A DNA stretch of 64,000 nt from Azolla caroliniana. Lineage: Eukaryota; Plantae; Polypodiophyta. Of the stretch, positions 59,695-64,000 are shown one piece after another. How positions within the stretch are numbered: the stretch's first letter is position 1; the number at the start of each line of letters is the position of its first letter. A program made the translations under genes and the position numbers. The stretch spans positions 7,564,001 to 7,628,000 of the forward strand of contig JBHGNT010000020.1 in NCBI GenBank assembly GCA_043228905.1, given 5' to 3'. The notes beneath the pieces are model-generated. The model was not told the DNA's origin. It searched no databases and saw only the letters and a list, made by a program, of their open reading frames with translations.

Positions 59695-60253
59695 GGTAGT
59701 TGTTGTGTGTTGGGTTGGGTTGCATTTCTTGTCCTCCTTCGATGTAACTCTAATAGCCTTGGCTGACAAGGTATTGGTGCATCTTGTATTCCCAAGATGC
59801 AAAGTTCAATTTGTCGAGTTTCTCGGTAGGAAGAGTGATTCCCATCTGAGTGTTCATGGTGTCGTTTTTCTTCTCTGTTGTTGAGCTGGTTCTGTTTGAT
59901 TGTCGGCATGTGACACAACACGGTTGAGCAATTTTGATTAGACTACCAAACAATCTGATACCATTTTAAGAAATTGAGTGTAGGTGATCTCATGTGGTAG
60001 AAGGAAACTGTGTGCGTGTGTTTGTACGACAACTAGAGACAGAGAGTGGACTTAGAGAGACAGAGAACAAGAAATTGTATTAGCAATATAGAAATATATT
60101 CAACAGTAACTTGGTTACAAAAGATTTGGTTTAAATACCAACTAACTTAGAGTGACTGCCCTTTCTACTATTTACAAAACTAGCTTGAACCTAGAGTGTC
60201 TATTGCCAATGTGAAAGCCACTACATTAGGGAAGTTGTGTTTGACTCTCAACA
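59695..60253 (-). mobile_element. Copia C0, 5' part (LTR 59964-60253, iMet PBS, gag start)
   Basis: TGGTATCAGA on - (59954-59963). LPTEKLDKLNFASWEYKMHQYL. LTR terminus matches 21554-21606. Confidence 0.85.
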
Positions 60254-60720
60254 AGAAGAAATCGCTAGATCAACCATTCGGATGCACTTGGCCGAAAAAT
60301 TCTATTTCAGCATGGCAAAGGAGACATCAACATTCTCTTTGTGGGAGAAACTTCGGGCCGTGTACAAAAAAAAGTCCTCCTCATTGAAGCTCATACCGAT
60401 TCGACAACTATTCAATATGAAGATGAGAGAGAAAAATTCGGAGACCTCCCGCATAAACTCCTTCAACTGGGTGTTTTCTAAGCTCTCCTCCCAAGGGATT
60501 AACTTCGAAGAACAAGTTAAAGCCCTTGCCAACGAGTTTGGAGGTATTCTACACGACATTCACCAATAGCTGTCCAAACCTCAATCTGGATGAGACAATC
60601 AAACAAGTTCTCACTAAGGATATTAGGCGAAAATCGATGGGCCTCACCATCAATGAATTGGAGGAAGCCCACTACTTGGTTGACCCAATCGGACGAACCA
60701 ACTATTTGAGAGAACAATTC
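60254..60720 (+). pseudogene. Decayed copia gag fragment
   Basis: ARSTIRMHLA...LWEKLRAVY...IRQLFNMKMRE, a UBN2-type gag. Confidence 0.75.
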
Positions 60721-60996
60721 AAAAGAATCAGTTGATACACTGGTCGGCCGAGAAGGAGGGACAATCGACAAAGGTTGAAATCAAGAAATGGTTGGTCAAA
60801 CGACTTCCGCACACATTGCAGAAAGGCCGGCTATAACATTTCCAACTGCTGGTCGAAGAAAAGGGAGAACGGTCGACGACTCGATCGGCACTCAATGTTG
60901 GCATAAAAGGTCGAGTCCTTCCAAATTGTATCCTTAAGTGTGAACACATTCTAAGTTACGGCTTGAGTATATACAACCCAACTGTAACATTGTAAA

Positions 60997-61915
60997 TAGA
61001 GATAGATAGATAGATTATATTATCGTCTTCGGAGGTCAAATATGACCTATGAGACCAAAAATATTACATTTCACGTGATACGTGTGAAAGTGAGTAGTGA
61101 CTCTCGATGTTCAAGAACTTTACCAATGAATGTTGCAATCGAGAGTGCACATTGTGGTTGTGAGAGGAATTCATGCAAAGATTGGGCTCGATCGAAGAGA
61201 TGTGGAAAGCATGGTCGAATATGATCAAAGGCAGAGCATTGTATCAAAGTGTGATACTCAAACTCGCGAACTTGTTTAGGGCAAAGTGTGCATAGCCGAC
61301 CACTCTCATCACTTGTACCCCAATGCCCTATTTCACATCGCAATGCATGTGAGCTAAGTCGCATGGAAGCAATGGTTAGAATGGCAGATAACGGTATGGG
61401 CTCTAACATGTATGGATGTGTACGATTTCCCCATTCCGCAAAGAATATGGTTTTGTAGTTAGGTGCAACATGTGTAGTATAATGTGTGAAGCGTGAGCCT
61501 CCACATTTGTCCCATGTCATGATACATTGGCGTTGCAAAAATGCTTCATTTACAAAGGAATCTAATGATGCATCATGAAGCAAGTGTCTCGCATCCCATC
61601 TACCAAACCATTTTTCTATATCTTGCATCCAACCGGAACACAAAATTTTGCTTTTATGCGTCTTTTGGATCTTTTTGCTTGCTTCCCACGCAATTCTAGG
61701 AAGTCGATGTGAGGGGCTTTTTTGAACCTTAAGCATGTATTCAACAACCCTTTCCATGGCCATGATCTCAATGGGAAGCGATCCCGTCTCAAGGAGGAGA
61801 GAGAGAGAGATTATATTATCATCTTTAGAGGTCAAATATGACCTATGAGACCAAAAATATTACATTTCACATGATATGCATGAAAGTGAGCAGTGACTCT
61901 CGATGTTCAAGAACT
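60997..61915 (-). mobile_element. Two tandem 5'-truncated LINE 3' ends with microsatellite tails
   Basis: ORF 61071-61835 (LLLETGSLPIE...CTLCPKQVREFEYHTLIQC). 106-bp direct repeat at 61014-61119 and 61810-61915, next to (GATA)n and (GA)n. Confidence 0.8.
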
Positions 61916-63397
61916 CATGAACTGGCCGGAAAAGTATTATTTTCCGCCATCCAATCTTTGACACTTGATCTTTCTTCCGGTCTCGCGTTCAACAAGGTTC
62001 TTCAAATCCCGGAAACACGAGAAAACTTCGCTTTTCTTCTTGATTAGATAGATCCAAGTGTGCCAGGTGAGATTGTCAATGAAGGAGATGAAATACCGAC
62101 TCCCACTGATGCTCATGTTCTGTGTAGGTCCCCACACATTCGAATGGATGAGATCAAGCTGGTTTTGACTTCGATTCTTCTCATTGGGGAACGAAAGCCT
62201 ATGCTGCTTCCTGGGCTAGCAAGCTTCACATATTTGGCATTTCCGACCACTGAACTTCGGCTGTCTGGAAACTACTGTTCCGACTGCAACTCCTGAAACT
62301 TCTGGAAATTGATGTGGCCGATTCGCATGTGCCACAGGTCGATGTCTGACTCGACCTTCTGCCCTTTCGTGAACATAGTGGTGCCAACATCATTTATTTC
62401 GAGGATAAACATCCTCTCGTCTTTGCACCCTTGTGCGATGACTTTGCCCTCCTCTTCGGTGAAACACCCGAGGTGCGTAAACAGCACTTGCATCCCATGG
62501 TCGACGATTTGCCCAACCGACACTAGGTTATTTGTGATTGTCGAGACGTGAAGCACGTTCATAAGCTTTCCTTTTTGTCTGACATGACTTAAGGGAACTT
62601 CTCCAACATGCACGATCGGGTGAGGAGTGCCATCTCCGCGTGGTTCTCCTCTACTAGGAGCATCGACTGTAAGTCAAAAAACGAGGGTGTATTCTCCCTT
62701 GTACAAACCGTCGTCTAGAATGCTTGGAACTTGGACGCCAGGCCCCCGAGACATACCTTCACCATCTCATCTTCCTTGATGGTCACGTTGATAGACGCAA
62801 GTGAGTTGCACATGTCTTTGATCCAAGCTGTATAGTCGGTCACCGACATGTCCTTCTGTCGGACATTGATCAACTCTTGTCGTAGTTGCAGCCTTCGGGC
62901 CGTGGTGCTTGCGGCGAAGACCTTCTTCAGGTTTCCCCAAGCTTCCTTCGGCGTCTTGGCGTGTCGGATATGGCTCAACAATTGATCACTGACACTAGAC
63001 ACAAAGCAGTACATAACTCTGCTTGCCGCTTGTTCCCAAGTCGGGAAGTCCCTTTGTGCCGCATCAGGTGTCGTATCGTTAGCTCCATCGAACATAACTC
63101 CAGTAACCGTGCTCGAGCAAGTATTGGTGCATCTTGTATGACCACGATGCATAGTTGGATCTGTCGAGCTTCTTCGTCGGGAGCAAGCTAGCCATTCATC
63201 GGTCCATTCTGTCCTTTATGTTCTTACCGGGTGTTTGGGTTTGTCTTCGGAAATCGCTCGTTGGCTGCAGAGGTTCTCAACCCTCGCGCTCTGATACCAT
63301 GTAAAAGAATACGATTGCGGAAGCTAAGACAAAACCGGCTCGTCCGGATAGCTAAAGAATATAGACACATGTTTAATGGAAACCTTACACGGGAAAG
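61916..63397 (-). mobile_element. Copia of the F family, 5' part with internal deletion
   Basis: PBS TGGTATCAGAGC (63288-63299), LTR stub from 63300, gag 62715-63152, GAG-pre/IN 61937-62613. About 0.55 kb missing at ~62637 relative to F. Confidence 0.88.
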
Positions 63398-64000
63398 ACA
63401 CGAAGTATATCGAGGTGCACTATCACTTTATCCGAGAGCGTGTTCAGGTTGGAGATGTCAACCTTCAACATATCAACACAAATCTTCAGACAACCGACAT
63501 CTTCACCAAAGCCCTAGGAGCCGACAAGCTTCGACAATTCATGTTAGACCTTGGATTGGCGATCCCTGACTGGCAAGCTTGAGGAGGAGTACAAATGAGA
63601 ATTGGATACCAAACCGGATACCAGCCGACGAGGACATCAACCGAAAGGAACCGGCCCGAGTTGAGCTTGAGGGGGTGTGTTGCGAACCAAGCTCAACCTA
63701 GACTAGTGTGTGAACACACCTTTGAGAATCTATGAGCACTCAACAGTCAAAAGTCACCACTACTCTCTACACATTAACTATGTGTTATAGAATCATATTC
63801 TATGACACATAACTAATGAGTTTCCACATTCCCCATGACTGATGAGTTTCAGTAGTGAATGAAGAGAGAGGGTGACTATATAAAGCACCCTCCTCCTAAT
63901 TTGCAACTGTTGGTTAATCTCCTTTGTAATATAAATCTTCTTGAGTATTCTATTTTCCAATCTACCTTGTGTCTCTCTTCTCTTCTCTCCTCTCCCCTTC
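63398..64000 (+). mobile_element. Copia 3' end (RNase H end, PPT, 3' LTR from 63678, running off the window)
   Basis: TKYIEVHYHFIRERV...DIFTKAL, then TTGAGGGGGTG|TGTTG, with CTATATAAA in the LTR. Confidence 0.85.

Overview
Plant nuclear DNA, probably from a non-seed plant such as a fern (inferred from the TE lineages). It holds one intact host gene: a six-exon UTP6 (12050-19676, +, about 650 aa) with telo-box and site-II promoter motifs. Almost everything else is transposon-derived. From 21.5 to 60.3 kb there is a nest four levels deep, resolved by LTRs and 5-bp target-site duplications (TSDs). An old copia (C0) contains chromovirus A. A contains copia F, chromovirus B, gypsy D and solo LTR E. 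B contains gypsy C. Main findings: (1) C and D are divergent non-chromovirus gypsy elements with unrelated LTRs. Both lack a polypurine tract (PPT) and carry, 2 nt from the 3' LTR, a second, inverted tRNA-Arg-type primer-binding site (PBS). This suggests both DNA strands are tRNA-primed. Both also encode a conserved ~1000-codon third ORF. (2) Both chromoviruses have an internal inversion plus deletion starting exactly at the 5' LTR end, resembling twin priming. (3) C has a template-switch mosaic at its 5' end. All coordinates were read by eye. Family and tRNA assignments are from memory and need database checks.
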